This document shows, piece after piece, positions 62,550 through 64,000 of a stretch of DNA of 64,000 bases; within the stretch, counting starts at the first letter, position 1; every line of letters begins with the position of its first letter. The notes beneath the pieces are model-generated. The model had not been told where the DNA came from. It worked only from the letters and a program-made list of their open reading frames with translations, and made no database searches. The position numbers and the translations under genes are program-made. Origin of the DNA: Octopus bimaculoides (Eukaryota); contig NC_068995.1 of assembly GCF_001194135.2 (NCBI RefSeq), positions 28,053,863-28,117,862 of the forward strand. The letters run 5' to 3'.

Positions 62550-63030
62550 GATGATATCATCAAGGGCTAGCAAGTACACTCTAGGCTGGTATTAACTGGC
62601 CCTCAACAATTTCTTGCGAAGATCTGGACTGTTTACCACAAATTCTGAAAGATTTTGAGAAGGCTTTCAACAATGTAGGGAGGAGAGGGATTATGAACTG
62701 GGTATCTGGACAAATATGTGGAAATAGTCAACCAATTTAAGATAGAATGTCCATGATCTCTTTTTGAGGCAAAAGCTTCGATACTTTTCCAGTTGTCCAT
62801 GGTACAAAACAGGTTTATGTACTCATTCCAATACTACCTGTGTTACTTCTGGGTGCTATGTTTGTAAGGATGGCAAGTGAACTTGCAGAGGGATTGTATA
62901 TCCATTCAAGAGCCAAAGGCTGCTGCTGAACATATCAAGAATAGGATCCACCAGGAAGTAATGCAATAAGTATATTCACAAACTCCTTTTCACTGATGAC
63001 TTGACCTAGCAGCTCATCTACTTTTGTGTG
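62550..63030 (+). mobile_element. RTE/BovB-like RT remnant
   Basis: DFEKAFNNV.R.G; FPVVHGTKQ..VL.P; LFTDD-like motif. Confidence 0.55.
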
Positions 63031-63299
63031 CTATATGAAATAGTAGAGGTGTATGTACTTGTAAGTATACAAAGGTGGGGTAAGGAAGGGTGTAGGGGCA
63101 GGCAGAAAAGAGAAATTAAATGGTATAAATAATAAGGAAAGATAAAGATAGATATAAACAAGAAATATGGTGTTATTGTGAATATAATGGGAATATATTG
63201 GTGGTTTAATATTTAGTGGTTGTGAGGGTAAATGAAGGGGAATGTCTATGATAACAGTGGGGGCGGGTTAGGAAATGATGCGGTGGAGGGGTTGTTATT

Positions 63300-64000
63300 T
63301 GTATTTTGAGAATAGGTTGCATTATTGATGTTTGCATGTATTAATTACCCTGTCATGTTCGTTAAGACAATCTGTGGATTGCATAACAGTTAAGACTTCG
63401 GCTATGCAGTGATCACACTTTTTATTATAGCCAGAGTATGGTTTAGTATGGGTGACTATGGACTGCTTAAGAGTATAAGAAATTGATTTGCTCTTGAGTT
63501 TGTGGATAAGCTGAGATAAAGACGTACTGTTAGATTTTGTTTGGGACATGAAGCTGGAGTAGTGGTTGCCCACTCTAGCTTTGACTGTGGTGCTGCATGA
63601 GCTGATATATATGTAGTTATGGTTGGAAGCTGATACTGTGCACTTGTAAATGTTTTTAGTAAGACAGCAATTATCTAAAGGGCAGGAGGTTGGGTACTTG
63701 AAACTACATACGTTCACAGGTGGTGTTCTGGATGAATTTGCAGGGTAACTGTTATTTAGTGAAGGACCAGTGTTAGGTTCATTATTAGTGGTGGCGTTAA
63801 AATTGGTATTTATTAGGTGGTTGAGGGAAGCATTGAGGAGGTGTGTACTATGATAGTTTCCATGCCTGATGGTATCATCTGTATTATTCTTTATTATTTT
63901 TCATGAGGTATAGTTGAGTCTTGAGGTAAGTTTAAGGATCTGGTATTACTAGTGGAATCATAGTAGGAGGTTTAAGGGTTAGTGTTGGTAAGGGGATTGA
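63300..64000 (-). mobile_element. Penelope-like element 3' part with GIY-YIG endonuclease (runs off the window end)
   Basis: CPLDNCCLTKNIYKC...YI..CSTT.K.R..NH.SSF...STSLS..I..LK...C..C..E...CKH (ORF 63322..63717). Confidence 0.85.

Overview
AT-rich (six assembly gaps of about 90-900 nt plus several short N runs), repeat-dense animal genomic DNA; the SINE/RTE/Penelope repeat families resemble those of octopod cephalopods (inference). One protein-coding gene was reconstructed by hand on the minus strand. It has nine exons with canonical GT-AG sites and fully compatible phases (60827-60722, 58330-58186, 48272-48197, 39621-39514, 29399-29327, 27230-27159, 18191-18006, 10333-10237, 10098-9372). 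Together they give 1590 nt, or 529 aa plus stop. The protein has a CEP97-type IQ motif and coiled coil, followed by a fibronectin type III (FN3) domain split over three exons and an S/T-rich tail. The 5' (LRR) exons should lie beyond the window end. An intron of this gene holds a CpG-retaining, promoter-like island (about 32.9-34.5 kb) that could drive a short FN3-only isoform and/or an antisense transcript. The rest is degenerate mobile DNA: RTE LINEs, R4/Dong-like REL retrotransposons, three Penelope-like elements (one Naiad/Chlamys-type remnant with a Ulp1/C48-like protease module), Helitron fragments, piggyBac, mariner, a DD41D foldback element, a solo LTR, MITEs and many SINEs. No rRNA, bona fide tRNA or CRISPR array was seen.
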